Notes under the pieces: model-generated
The model's input: only the letters and a program-made list of their open reading frames with translations
Told to the model about the DNA's origin: nothing
Databases searched by the model: none
Made by a program: the position numbers and the translations under genes
NCBI GenBank assembly: GCA_963702435.1
Contig: CAVPCR010000005.1
Coordinates: 32,001-96,000 of the forward strand
Source of the DNA: Candidatus Eiseniibacteriota bacterium
GTDB lineage: Bacteria; Eisenbacteria; RBG-16-71-46; CAVPCR01
Direction of reading: 5' to 3'
DNA: 64,000 bases
Shown: positions 1 through 11,146 of the stretch, in pieces
How the letters are laid out: every line of letters begins with the position of its first letter
Numbering within the stretch: position 1 is the stretch's first letter

Positions 1-1272
1 GTCGTCGGACTTCTCGATGACGACGCCCGGCGGCTCGCCATGCGGCAGAGAGGCGCCGACCACGGGCGCGACATGCGCTGGCCGGCGGTCGCGCGCCGCT
101 ACGCGGAGAGCTTCGAGCGGGCCCGCGGCGAGCACTCGAAGCGCCTGCGCACCTCCTTCCAGGCGCGGACGCTCGCCAGGCGTCCGGCCGAGCTGCCCGA
201 GGTCAACCTCGAGCATCTCCGGCTCATGACCGACGACACCGGCGTGCTCCAGCACGCGATGTTCAGCGTTCCGCGCTACGACGACGGCTATTGTCTCGAT
301 GACAATGCGCGGGCGTTGCTCCTGGCGGCGCTGCTGGAGGACGCGGGCACCGAGGACGTCCATGTCGTACGCGGTCTCGCTTCGCGCTATCTGGCCTTCG
401 TGAGCCATGCGTTCGACCAGGACAGCGGGCGATTCAGAAACCTCATGTCCTACTCCCGGCAGTGGCTCGAGGCGTGCGGTTCCGAGGACAGCCACGGCCG
501 CGCTCTCTGGGCGCTCGGGACCGTCGTCGGCCGAGCCCGGGATCCGGGGACGCGGAGCCTCAGCGGAGGTCTCTTCGCGGCCGCCCTGCCTGCCGTGTCC
601 GGGTTCACGAGCCCGCGCGCCTGGGCGTTCGCGCTCCTCGGCATCGACGAGTACCTGCGCGCCTTCCAGGGGGACAGCAACGTGCAGGCGATGCGCCGGG
701 CTGTCGCGGAGCGGCTCTTCGACCTGTACCAGCGCTCGAGCACCCCCGACTGGCCGTGGTTCGAGGAGCGGGTCACCTACTGCAACGCACGCCTGCCGCA
801 AGCCCTTCTGGTATCCGGCGCCTGGATGGAGCGCGAGGACTTGACCCGCGCGGGATTGCGATCCCTGGAATGGCTGGTCTCGATCCAGCGCTCCGCGGAA
901 GGCTACTTCGCCCCGATCGGCTCCAACGGCTTCTACCGGCGAGGAGCGACCCGGGCATGGTTCGACCAGCAGCCGGTGGAGGCCTGTGCGATGGTTGCGG
1001 CGTGTCTCGAGGCGCACCGGCTGACCGGGGACGCTTCGTGGGCTGCGGAGGCTCGCCGCGCCTTCGACTGGTTCCTGGGGCAGAACCAGTTGCAGCATGC
1101 GCTGTACGACGCCTCGACGGGCGGCTGCCGCGACGGGCTCCACGCCGACCGCATCAACGAAAACCAGGGAGCGGAGTCGACGCTCTCCTTCCTGCTCGCT
1201 CTCGCGGACATGCGCTCGATGGAACGGGCTGACATCATCCGCAACACGGTTTCCATGGAGGTCGAGCGATGA
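1..1272 (+). CDS. GT4-type glycosyltransferase fused to a C-terminal (alpha/alpha)-barrel glycosidase-like domain (5' partial)
   Basis: The frame is open from base 1 (VVGLLDDDARRLAMRQ...WPAVARRY, a GT-B C-terminus). It continues into MTDDTG.LQHA, YCLDDNARAL, SEDSHGRALWALG, FDQQPVEA and NQGAESTLS motifs. Confidence 0.8.
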   Translation, partial: VVGLLDDDARRLAMRQRGADHGRDMRWPAVARRYAESFERARGEHSKRLRTSFQARTLARRPAELPEVNLEHLRLMTDDTGVLQHAMFSVPRYDDGYCLDDNARALLLAALLEDAGTEDVHVVRGLASRYLAFVSHAFDQDSGRFRNLMSYSRQWLEACGSEDSHGRALWALGTVVGRARDPGTRSLSGGLFAAALPAVSGFTSPRAWAFALLGIDEYLRAFQGDSNVQAMRRAVAERLFDLYQRSSTPDWPWFEERVTYCNARLPQALLVSGAWMEREDLTRAGLRSLEWLVSIQRSAEGYFAPIGSNGFYRRGATRAWFDQQPVEACAMVAACLEAHRLTGDASWAAEARRAFDWFLGQNQLQHALYDASTGGCRDGLHADRINENQGAESTLSFLLALADMRSMERADIIRNTVSMEVER

Positions 1273-2237
1273 CGCCAGGGCTGAAGTACGAGACGTTCTT
1301 TCAACGGCACGAGGGCAATCCGATCCTGACCGCGGCGGACTGGCCCTATCCGGCTCACAGCGTCTTCAACGCGGGCGCCACGCGGCTCCGCGACGGGACG
1401 ACGCTCCTCCTCTGCCGGGTGGAGGACCGCTCGGGCCTCTCGCACCTGTGTGCCGCGCGCTCGGCCAACGGCATCGACGGATGGGTCATGGACGCCGAGC
1501 CGACGCTGCGCCCGGACCCGGAGCACTATCCGGAGGAGCTGTGGGGGATCGAGGACCCCCGGATCACGTTCGTGGACGAGCTCGGCAAGTACGTCGTCGC
1601 CTACACCGCCTTCAGCAGGGGCGGGCCGGGGGTCGCGCTCGCTCTCACCGAGGACTTCCGGCACTTCGAGCGTTACGGCCTGGTCATGCAGCCCGATGAC
1701 AAGGACGCGGCCCTGCTGCCGCGGCGCATCGACGGGAACTTTGCGCTCCTCCACCGCCCGATGACGGACTCCGGGGCGCACGTCTGGATCTCCTTCTCGC
1801 CGGATCTCCGCAACTGGGGCGGACACAAGCTCGTCCTGCAGGCGCGCCGGGGCGGCTGGTGGGATGCGAACAAGGTGGGGCTGTCGCCGCCTCTCATCGA
1901 GACGCCGCGCGGCTGGCTGATGCTCTACCACGGGGTCCGGCAGACGGCGGCCGGGTGCCTCTACCGCCTCGGCGTCGCCCTCTTCGATCTGGAGACACCC
2001 GATCGCTGCATCGCGCGCGGCGATTCGTGGATCTTCGGTCCCGAGGCGCCCTACGAGCGCCACGGTGACGTGAGCAACGTCGCGTTCCCTTGCGGGTACA
2101 CGCTGGGCCCGGACGGCGACACCATCAACCTCTATTACGGCGCCGCGGACACGAGCGTGGCGCTTGCGTTCGGGAGCATCTCCCGTTTGCTGCGCTGGCT
2201 CGATGAGAACGGGAGCGCGGCCGTCGGCCCAGGATAG
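1269..2237 (+). CDS. GH130-family glycosidase/phosphorylase (five-bladed propeller)
   Basis: NPIL, VFNAGA, GIEDPRIT, DKDAALLP, GWLMLYHGV and VAFPCG motifs. ATGA overlap with the upstream gene. Confidence 0.88.
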   Translation: MTPGLKYETFFQRHEGNPILTAADWPYPAHSVFNAGATRLRDGTTLLLCRVEDRSGLSHLCAARSANGIDGWVMDAEPTLRPDPEHYPEELWGIEDPRITFVDELGKYVVAYTAFSRGGPGVALALTEDFRHFERYGLVMQPDDKDAALLPRRIDGNFALLHRPMTDSGAHVWISFSPDLRNWGGHKLVLQARRGGWWDANKVGLSPPLIETPRGWLMLYHGVRQTAAGCLYRLGVALFDLETPDRCIARGDSWIFGPEAPYERHGDVSNVAFPCGYTLGPDGDTINLYYGAADTSVALAFGSISRLLRWLDENGSAAVGPG

Positions 2238-2326
2238 AGCAACCCGTCCACCGGGGCCCAGAACTTAAAGGGAGCGTGGCACGCCAGGCAGATGCAGAAG
2301 GAGTTCTTCGCGGTGGTGCGATCGTG

Positions 2327-3271
2327 ATGCGACGTCTCCGCCTCCCCGCTGTCCTCGGCGTCCTCTTCGCGGGCGGCGCCCTGATCGTCTCGGCCCCGCA
2401 CGCCGGCGCGCAGGAACTCGAGCCGCGGTCCTATTCTCCCGCCCCCGTCGGCACCCACTTCCTCCAGTTCGGCTTCGGTCACTCCAGGGGCGACATCATC
2501 TTCGACCCCAGCCTTCCCATCGAGGACGTGGCCGGCTCGTTCAACACGCCCGTTGCCGGATACGGCACGACGTTCGGCCTGTTCGGCCGGCAGGCCCAAG
2601 CCACGGCCGCGCTGCCCTACGTCTGGGGCAGCGCCGAGGGCCGGGTCGAAGGACAGGAGCGGCGGATCACCCGCTCCGGGCCGGGCGACATCAAGACCCG
2701 CTTCGCCATCAACCTGGTCGGGAGCCCCGCGCTGACGCCGCAGCAGTTCGCCGCGGCGAAGCGGGATGTCGCCGTCGGCGCCAGCGTCGCCGTCAATGTG
2801 CCCGTCGGACAGCACGATCCCGAACGCCTGGTCAACATCGGCACCAATCGCTGGGCCTTCAAGCCGGAGGTCGGCCTGGCCTGGTTCCACGGCGCCTGGG
2901 AGCTCGACGGAGCGATCGGGGCCTGGCTCTTCACCGAGAATCCTGAGTTCTACACCGGAAGCAGCACGTTGCAGCAGGACCCCCTGATCTCGTTCCAGGC
3001 GCACGCCTGCTACTTCCTCCGCCGGGGCTACTGGTTCGCCGCGGATGTCACCTGGTACCAGGGCGGTGCAACCCGGGTGGACGGAGGTCCGCCCGCAGGG
3101 CGGCAGAACAACACCCGAGCGGGTGTCACGGCCTCGATCCCGCTCGCCGCGCACCAGTCGCTCAAGGTGAGCTACAGCCGAGGCGCCGCGGTCCGCGTCG
3201 GCCAGAACTTCAGCACGCTCACGGCGGCCTGGCAGTACGTGTGGTTCAGCGGCCGGGTCAGTGGCTCCTGA
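2327..3271 (+). CDS. Outer-membrane beta-barrel transporter (phenol MetA-pathway/SphA-like family)
   Basis: Signal peptide, QELEPRSYSPAPVG N-terminus, NIGTNRWAFKPEVG, amphipathic strands ending in WQYVWF. Confidence 0.75.
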   Translation: MRRLRLPAVLGVLFAGGALIVSAPHAGAQELEPRSYSPAPVGTHFLQFGFGHSRGDIIFDPSLPIEDVAGSFNTPVAGYGTTFGLFGRQAQATAALPYVWGSAEGRVEGQERRITRSGPGDIKTRFAINLVGSPALTPQQFAAAKRDVAVGASVAVNVPVGQHDPERLVNIGTNRWAFKPEVGLAWFHGAWELDGAIGAWLFTENPEFYTGSSTLQQDPLISFQAHACYFLRRGYWFAADVTWYQGGATRVDGGPPAGRQNNTRAGVTASIPLAAHQSLKVSYSRGAAVRVGQNFSTLTAAWQYVWFSGRVSGS

Positions 3272-3421
3272 GCCCGGTGCGCCACGCGGCCCGAACGCCG
3301 CTCGGTCGCGCTGCGGGAACGGGAGCAGGCGTTGCGGGCCGTCCTGTCGTCATCCTGGCTTCCGTGCGGTTGCGTGGAATGCCATGATGCCACGGACCGG
3401 CTCCCGCATGCACCCGGGCGG

Positions 3422-4448
3422 TCAGCGCAATTCGTGGATGTAGACGGCTCCCGTGCCGACCACGAAGATGCCCGGCGTCTCGACCGACCAGATCCCACCG
3501 TCCTGCCGGGCGGGGCTCCACTGCAGGCCCGCGAAGACCAGTTCCCCGCCGACGGCGATGAGCGGATCCCGGTTCTCGAAGTAGTTCTCGAGGCTCCAGT
3601 CGCGGGAGAGAACGAACCCCCGATCCGGGCCGGGCCCCGGCGACCCACCAGTGGTGGCGCGAGAAGGAGAAGTCGTCGGTGGGGTTGAGCGTCCCGGAGG
3701 CGTCAGCGTCCAGCCAGCGACAGCTCATGGCTCCACGCTCGCCGCTTCCGGGATAGGGAGCGCCCTCCACGATCACGCCCGCGGCCCCGGCCTGCACGAG
3801 CCCGGCGTCGAGTTCCACTGCGGCCGCCAGGTCGCGGAGGGCGAGGCCGTGATGCTGGACCACGATCTCGAGCGTCATGGCGCCGAACGAGGCGAACTCG
3901 ATCCAGTCGGGCGCTCCGGCCCCGGGATCGATGAAGTCGCTCCAGACGAGGGTCGAGTCCCCGCTCGGAAACCCGTTGTCGATGTAGCTGAGGGCTACGC
4001 CCGGGGTCCCGCTGCCGCCGGCGTCCGGAGTCACATCGATCGTGACCCGCCGCGGCCCGGCGTTCACGAACCAGGCGCCGGCCAGGAAGTGGGATCCGGC
4101 GATCCGCACGAGCGGGGTCGTGATCGCCATCTGGAAATCCCCGAAGCGCACCGCCCCCGATGCGACGTAGATGCCGCCCTGCACGACGGCAAGGCTGTCG
4201 TCGGGGATGGCCCAGTGACCCATCACGCTGTAGTCGATGGACATGCTGTCGCCCGGCGCGAACGCGACCCGGAGATCGCCCTCCGAACCGACCTGGACGC
4301 GGTCCGGAAGATCGGGGCTCGGTTCGTCCTCGTCCCCGTCGTCGTCCACATCCGTTCCCTTGTCGCACCCGGAGACGGCGATGGCCACCCCGAGCAGCAA
4401 GGCGGAGAAGAGCAAGATCTTCCGGCAGCCGGCCCGGTTCGACTCCAT
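3422..4448 (-). CDS. Hypothetical lipoprotein, frameshifted near 3660
   Basis: Lipobox VSG-C followed by an acidic linker. After about 3660 the protein-like text continues in another frame (DWSLENYFENRDPLIAVGGELVF...YIHELR*), stopping at 3422. Confidence 0.6.
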
Positions 4449-4773
4449 CTGCGGCAACTCCTCCGGGACCTGGGGAATACTGCCGTCATCGTAGCACAGG
4501 CGAGAACCCAGCACCCCAGGTGGTCGACTCGACGGCCGTCGCCTGGTCGCAGCGGCTCGCTCGCACCACGGAGTTGCGAAGAATGGCCGCGCCGTCCGTC
4601 GTCACGATCCAGCTCCCAGAGGACGCGAGCTGGGACACGGCAAAGAACCCGAGGTCCACGCGCCCTCCGCTCAGGTCGTTCCGCTCGGCGATCAGGACCT
4701 GTCGACGAGGACCGCGTCGAAGGCCAGGGACTCGGGCACGGTCGGCGTCACCGTCGTCCCCGTCGTCCCCCCC

Positions 4774-4802
4774 TTGACAGTCCCGGCCTCCCGCCGCATA
4801 CT
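4774..4802 (+). promoter_or_regulatory. Sigma70-type promoter of the glucan operon
   Basis: TTGACA at 4774-4779, a 17-bp spacer, then CATACT at 4797-4802. Confidence 0.7.
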
Positions 4803-4823
4803 TTGCTCGCATGGCGAACAAAG
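4801..4823. promoter_or_regulatory. Palindromic operator O1, putative ROK repressor site
   Basis: CTTTGCTCG-N5-CGAACAAAG overlaps the -10. The same motif recurs at 18838 and 18863. Confidence 0.75.
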
Positions 4824-4938
4824 GGAGCAAGGCTCCGACCGCTGCCCGCGCCGGGGCGACGTAGCGGCTTTCCCCGGCGATCCGCCCGGCCGCTAGAGCG
4901 GGGCAGCCTCCGAGCCAGCCTCCATCCGAGGAGCGATC

Positions 4939-6311
4939 ATGAGAAACGCGCGTCAGGTGGCCGCGACCGCGACGGCGGTGGCCCTCGTCACCCTCGCCGC
5001 CGCGGGCTGCGAACGGGACACCTCGGGCCTCAGACCAGCTCCGCTCAGCACCGACCCCATCGTCTTCCTCGACAACTTCCCGGCGGGCGTCGATTACCAG
5101 GCCTTCCTCGGCTCGAACTTGGGTGTCATCTCGATCGACGCGAACGAGAAGTACGCAGGCACCGGCGCGCTCCGGATCCAGATCCCCTCCCCCGGCGATC
5201 CCGATGGCGGCTGGGCCGGTGGGGCGTTCGTGGCCAACGAGGTGCGCGACTTCTCGGGCTACGACGCCTTGACGTTCTGGGCGAAGTCGAGCAAGGAATC
5301 GACGCTCGATGTGGCGGGGCTCGGGAACGACAACACGGGCACCTCGCAGTACGAGGCGAAGTGGAGCCGCATCGCGCTGACCACGACATGGACCAGGTAC
5401 GCGATCCCGATCCCGCTTCCGGCGCGGCTCGACTCCGATCGCGGGCTCTTCTTCTTCGCCGAGGGGCCCGAGGGCGGCGAGGGCCACGTCGTGTGGTTCG
5501 ACGAGATCCAGTTCGAGAAGACCGGCGCGATCGCGAACCCGCGGCCGGCCATGGCCACGCAGACCGTGAACGCGTTCGTCGGCGCCACCGTGAGCGCCAC
5601 CGGCACCACGACCACCTTCGACGTCGGCGGGACCGACCAGGTGGTCGAGCACATGCCCGGCTACTTCACGTTCACGTCCTCCGACTGATTCGGTGGTCAC
5701 CTGCACGGACGGGACCATCCGGGTGGTCGGCCCCGGCAGCGCCATCATCACGGCCAGGCTCGGCGACGTGGACGCGACCGGCACGCTGACGCTCAACGCC
5801 ACGGCCTCCCCCACCGTTCCGGCGCCGGCGCCGACGCTGCCCGCGGCGGACGTCATCTCGCTCTTCAGCAACAGCGTACGCGAACGTCACGGTCGACACC
5901 TGGTCGGCCGGCTGGGACCTGGCGGACGTGACCGATCTCGCGATCTCCGGCGACGACGTGAAGGCCTACACGAACCTCGTCTACGCGGGGATCGAGTTCA
6001 CGAGCGCGCTCATCGATGCGACGGCGATGACGCACTTCCACGTTCACGTCTGGGTGCCCGCCGGCACCGTGTTCCGGGTGAAGCTCGTCGACTTCGGCGC
6101 CGACGGCACGTTCGGCGGCGGGAACGACAGCGAGTGCGAGCTCTCCTTCACTGCGAGCTCCACGCCGCCGCTCGCCGTCGGCAGCTGGGTGAGTCTGGAC
6201 ATCCCGCTGGCCAGCTTCACCACGCTGGCCAGCACGGCCCACCTCGCCCAGCTCATCATCTCGGGCGACATGGGCACCGCCTACGTGGACAACATCTACT
6301 TCCACAGGTAG
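4939..6311 (+). CDS. Glycan-binding surface lipoprotein (CBM-like domain, Ig-like domain, CBM-like domain), frameshifted near 5686 and 5875
   Basis: Lipobox AAG-C. RDFSGYDALTFWAK...WFDEIQFE jelly-roll, Big2-like FTSSD..V...GTIRVVGPGSAIITA, and C-terminal YVDNIYFHR. Three ORF pieces join into one coherent protein. Confidence 0.7.
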
Positions 6312-6372
6312 ATTGCGGCCGGGAGCGAGCACAGTGCCGAAGCGCCAGCCGACAGGAGCAAGAGGCCCGACC

Positions 6373-7643
6373 GTGGGAGCGGCGAGCGAGATCGCCGCGC
6401 AGAAGGGCGCCCGGAGCGGCGACCCGTCCCGCGCGCGGCCCCTCGCCGACTCGGTCCTCCGGCTGATCTGGCAGGAGCGCCGCATCTCGCGCGCCGAGAT
6501 CGCGCGGCGCGCCGATCTCTCCCGCTCGACCGTCTCCGAGATCGTCGGGTCGCTCCTCCCGACCGGGCTCGTCGGCGAGGTCGGCCCCGGGCCGTCGAAC
6601 GGCGGGCGCCGGCCGATCGTGCTCGAGTTCCAGGACGACGCGGCGCTCCATCCTCGGCGTCGACATCGGCGCGGCCCACGTCGCGGTCGCTCTCACCGAT
6701 CTGCGCGGCCGCGTGCTCGCCTGGCCGGCATCGGGACCACCCGGTCCGCGACGATCCCGAGGGGACGCGCGCGCTCGTCGCCGAGCTCTGCGCCGACGTG
6801 CCTGTCGCGACGCAGAAGCGGGGCGCGAAGCGCCTGGTCGGGATCGGCGTCGCCGTTCCGAGCCCGGTCGATCCGTCGCACCCGGACCGGCTGTCGGAGC
6901 TCGTGCTTCCCGAATGGGAGGGGCATGGCGGACTCGAGATGCTCAGCGCGCGCTTCCGCGTTCCGCTGCTCATCGACAACGACGCCAATCTGGGCGCGCT
7001 CGCCGAGCACTGGTGGGGCGGCGGCCGCGGCATCAACGACTTCGCCTACGTGAAGCTGGCGACCGGGGTCGGCTCGGGCTACGTCATCGGCGGCGAGATC
7101 TACCGCGGCGCGACCGGTGTCGCCGGCGAGATCGGGCACCTCGCCATCGATCCGCACGGCGTCCCCTGCATCTGCGGTCTCCGCGGCTGCCTCGCCACCC
7201 TGGTCGGCGCCCCGGCCCTGGTCGAGGCGCGCGCCCGGGTGCTCCGCGCCGAGTTCCCCGGGAGCGCAGCTCGCCGCGAACGGGCTCACCATCGCCTCGA
7301 TCGAGGACGCGGCGCTCGCCGGTGATCCGCTCGCCCTGCAACTCGTGCGGGAAGCCGCCGGGCACCTGGGCATCGCGCTCGCCGGTCTGCTGAATCTCAT
7401 GAATCCGTCGATGGTGATCCTCGGCGGCGGGCTCGTCGCGTCTCGGCGAGCTGCTCCTCGCGCCGCTCCGCGAGACGGTGCGCCGGCGGACGCTGGTGAG
7501 CTCGGTCGCCGCGGCCGAGATCCGGGTGAGCGAGCTCGGCACGCAGGCGGTCGCCATCGGCGCCGCCACCATGGTCCTCAAGGCCGCGCTCGCGGACTCG
7601 CGGCTCTTCTCCGGCCGCGGCCCGGCGCGCGGAGGTGGCATGA
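6373..7643 (+). CDS. ROK-family transcriptional repressor (multiple frameshifts)
   Basis: HTH ISRAEIARRADLSRSTVSEIV, GRRP, GIGVAVPSPV, DNDANLGALAE and GEIGH...CICGLRGCL are spread across frames. The end is inferred from the ATGA overlap at 7640-7643. Confidence 0.85.
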
Positions 7644-8473
7644 ATAGACATGTTCGGTTCCAGCGGTCGCCTGGTCCTCCTGCTCGTGATGGCGTTCGGG
7701 CTCGCCGGCGTCGGACGCTGCGATGAGGACCCGACCGAGTGGCAACTGGTCTGGGAGGACGACTTCGAGGGACCGGCCGGCCAGCTGCCGGACTCGACCC
7801 GCTGGCGCTTCGATATCGGCACCGACTGGGGCAACGCCCAGCTCGAGTACGACACCGAACCGTCCCGAGAACGTCTCCCTCGACGGCGCCGGCACACCTC
7901 GCCATCACCGCCCGCCGCGAGGACTACCAGGGGCGGCACTACACCTCGGGGCGCATCAACACGAGCGGCAAGTTCGAGCATGCCTACGGGCGCTTCGAGG
8001 CGCGGATCCGCCTGCCGATCGGACAGGGCATCTGGCCCGCCTTCTGGCTGCTCGGCGCCGACTTCGCAGAGGTCGGCTGGCCCGCATGCGGCGAGATCGA
8101 CATCATGGAGTACCGCGGCCAGGAGCCGAAGCATCGTGCTCGGCAGCCTGCACGGCCCGGGCTACTCGGGCGGCCAGCGCCATCACCGGCCCGCTTCCAG
8201 CTCCCCGGCGCGGACGGTTTCAACGAGGACTTCCACATCTTCGCGGTCGAATGGGAACCGGAACGCATCACCTGGATCGTGGACGAGGAGCGCTTCCTGA
8301 CCGTGACCCCCCGCGACCTGCCGAGCAGCGGGCGCTGGGTCTTCGACCATCCGTTCTTCATCATCTTGAACGTCGCGGTCGGCGGCAACTTCGTCGGCCC
8401 GCCGGACGCGAGCACGACCTTCCCGCAGACCATGCTCGTCGATTGCGTGCGGGTCTACCGCGTCGGATCATGA
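7640..8473 (+). CDS. GH16 endo-beta-1,3-glucanase (laminarinase-type), exported, frameshifted
   Basis: LVWEDDF, YTSGRINT, YGRFEARIRLP.GQGIWPAFWLLG, catalytic EIDIME, and PFFIILNVAVGG. Confidence 0.88.
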
Positions 8474-10151
8474 GCATCCGCACGGCGGCGGACGCGTCGC
8501 CACGGATGCTGGCGCTCGTTCTCCTGGGCGCATGCCTGCGTGCGCGAGCATGCGCGAGGCCGCCCGGCCGGCGTCCTGGTCGTGTCGCAGGAGCAGCAGG
8601 CCTCCTGGGTCCGGAACTTCAATCCGCTCACCACCGCCGCAGCTGCCCGCGGTGGCCCACGCTCGCCGGGATCTACGAGCCGCTCTTCGTCTTCAACAGC
8701 GTGAAGGCGGAGTATCGTGCCCTGGCTCGCGGTCGCCCATGAGTGGAGCGAAGACAACGTGGTGCTGCGGCTGACGACGCGCGACGGGGTCCTGTGGTCG
8801 GACGGCGCGCCGTTCTCGGCGCGCGACGTCGCCTTCACCTTCAATCTCCTCGACGCAGTACCCGGCGCTCGATCGGCGCGGCGTCTGGGGCTTTCTCGAG
8901 AGCGTCGCCGCGCCGGACGACCGCACGGTCGAGTTCCGCTTCCAGCGGGTCTTCATCCCGGGCTTCGAGGAGGTCGCGGCGCAGCCGATCGTGCCCGAGC
9001 ACATCTGGCGCGCGGTGGCCGGATCCGATCACCTTCCCCAACGAGAACCCGGTCGCGACCGGTCCCTTCACCGAGGTGCGCGCTCTTCCGCAACCAGGTC
9101 TTCGAGCTGGGGCGGAACCCGCACTACTGGCAGCCGGGCCGGCCGCGCATCGAGGCGCTCCGCTTCCCCGCCTACCCGGCGAACGACCGCGCCAACCTGG
9201 CGCTCGTCTTCGTCGAGGTGGACTGGGCCGGGAACTTCGTGCCCGCGATCGACCGCGTCTTCGTCCGAGCGCGACCCCGCAGCACCACCGCTACTGGTTC
9301 CCGCTCACCGGCAGCACCATCTTCCTCTACGCCAACACCACGCGCCCGCCGTTCGACGACGTGCGCGTGCGCAAGGCGCTCAGCATGGCCATCGACCGCG
9401 ACCTGCTGGTCGATATCGCGCTCTTACCGCTACTCGCGCCCGGCCGACGCCACCGCCCTGAGCGACGCCTACGCCGCCTGGCGGAATCCGGAGATCGCAG
9501 CGAGCGGCGACTGGGTGCGCCACGACCTCGCCCGCGCCAGCGCGCTCCTCGACGAGGCCGGCTACCGGCGCGGCGCCGACGGCGTGCGCCTGCTGCCGGA
9601 CGGGAGCCCGTGGCGCTACGAGATCCTCACCGTCGCCGGCTGGTCGGACTGGGTGCGCGCGTCCCAGGTGATCGCGCGCGGGCTCCGCCCCTCGGCATCG
9701 AGGTCTCCGTGCGCACCTACGATTTCAGCGCCTGGTTCCAGCGCGTGTCAGGAGGGGGACTTCGATCTGAGCCTCGGCTGGTCGTTCGAGGGCCCGACCC
9801 CGTACTCGTTCTACCGCTGGCTCATGGCATCGGCGACCGTGAAGCCGGTCGGCGAGAGCGCGATGGGCAACTGGCACCGCTACGCGAGCCCGGCCGCCGA
9901 CAGCGCCCTGGCCGCGTTCGAGCAGGAATCCGCCCTCGCGAATCAGCGGCGGATCGCCGACGAGCTCCAGCGGATCTTCGTCGCCGAGGCACCCGGCGAT
10001 CCCGCTCTACCCGAACCCGTCCTGGGCCGAGTACAACACGAGCCGCTTCGACGGGTTCCCATCGCGCGAGCAACCCTACGCGGACCCGTCGCCGAACAAG
10101 TTCGACCGCGGCGAGTGTCTGCTCGTGCTGACGTCGGTCAGCCCACGCTAG
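8470..10151 (+). CDS. ABC transporter solute-binding protein, family 5 (Opp/Dpp fold, probably oligosaccharide-binding), frameshifted
   Basis: RNFNP, IYEPLF, WSDGAPFSARDVAFTF, PVATGPF, PFDDVRVRKALSMAIDR and GWSDW motifs. Stop TAG at 10149-10151. Confidence 0.82.
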
Positions 10152-10160
10152 GAGGCGAGT

Positions 10161-11146
10161 GTGCGCTACTCGCGCAACGGCTCGGCTTCTACCTCCTCGC
10201 GGCCTGGGTGGCGCTGACGCTCAACTTCTTCCTCCCGCGCCTCATGCCCGGCGATCCCGCCACCGCGCTCTTCGCGCGCTTCCGCGGCCGGCTCAGCCCG
10301 GAAGCCATGCGAGGCCCTCCGCGAGACCTTCGGCCTGACCGACGCACCGCTCCTCGGCCAGTACTGGACCTACCTGCGGCACGCCGTGCGCGGTGACTTC
10401 GGCCTCTCGATCGCCTACTTCCCGTCGCCGGTCGCCGACGTGATCGGCACGGCGCTCCTGTGGACGATCTTCCTGGCGGGGACCGCGGTGGTCTTGAGCT
10501 TTGTGATCGGCACGCTCCTCGGAGTGGCCGACCGCCTGGTGGCGCCGCGGCTGGATGGACACCTGGCTGCCTTCGATCCTGGTCTTCATCGGCGCGTTCC
10601 CCTACTTCTGGCTCGCCATGCTGCGCCTCTACGTGCTCGGGTACTCGCTCGGCTGGTTCCCCCTCGGGCACGCCTACGGGGACGACCTCGTGCCGAGCCT
10701 CTCCGCGACCTTCCTCGCCGACATCGTCCGCCACGCGGCGCTCCCGATCGGCACGGTGGTGCTCGTGACCCTCGGCGGATGGATGCTCTCCATGCGCAAC
10801 ACCATGATCGCGGTGCTCGGCTCGGACTACGTGAATCTCGCCCGCGCGAAGGGCCTCTCCCCGTCCCGCGTGGCGCTCCGCTATGCCGCGCGGAACGCGC
10901 TTCTCCCGAGCGTCACCGGCTTCGGCATGGCCCTCGGCTACGTCCTGGGCGGCTCGCTCCTGACCGAGATCGTGTTCTCCTACCCGGGGCAGGGGTACCT
11001 CCTCGTGCAGGCGGTCAGAAACCAGGACTACCCGCTCATGCAGGGGATCTTCCTCGTCATCACGCTCGCGGTGCTCGGGCGCCAACTTGCTGGTGGACAT
11101 CCTCTACCTGTGGCTCGATCCGCGCACGCGGGAGTCGGCGTCGTGA
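10161..11146 (+). CDS. ABC transporter permease (OppB-like), frameshifted
   Basis: NFFLPRLMPGDP, GDFGLS, EAA loop DYVNLARAKGL...YAARNALLP, EIVFSYPG.G and LDPR end motif. Confidence 0.85.

Noticed and set aside
2277..2296. Sigma54 promoter at TGGCACG before the barrel gene
   Set aside because: There is no GC at the required 10-bp spacing from the GG.
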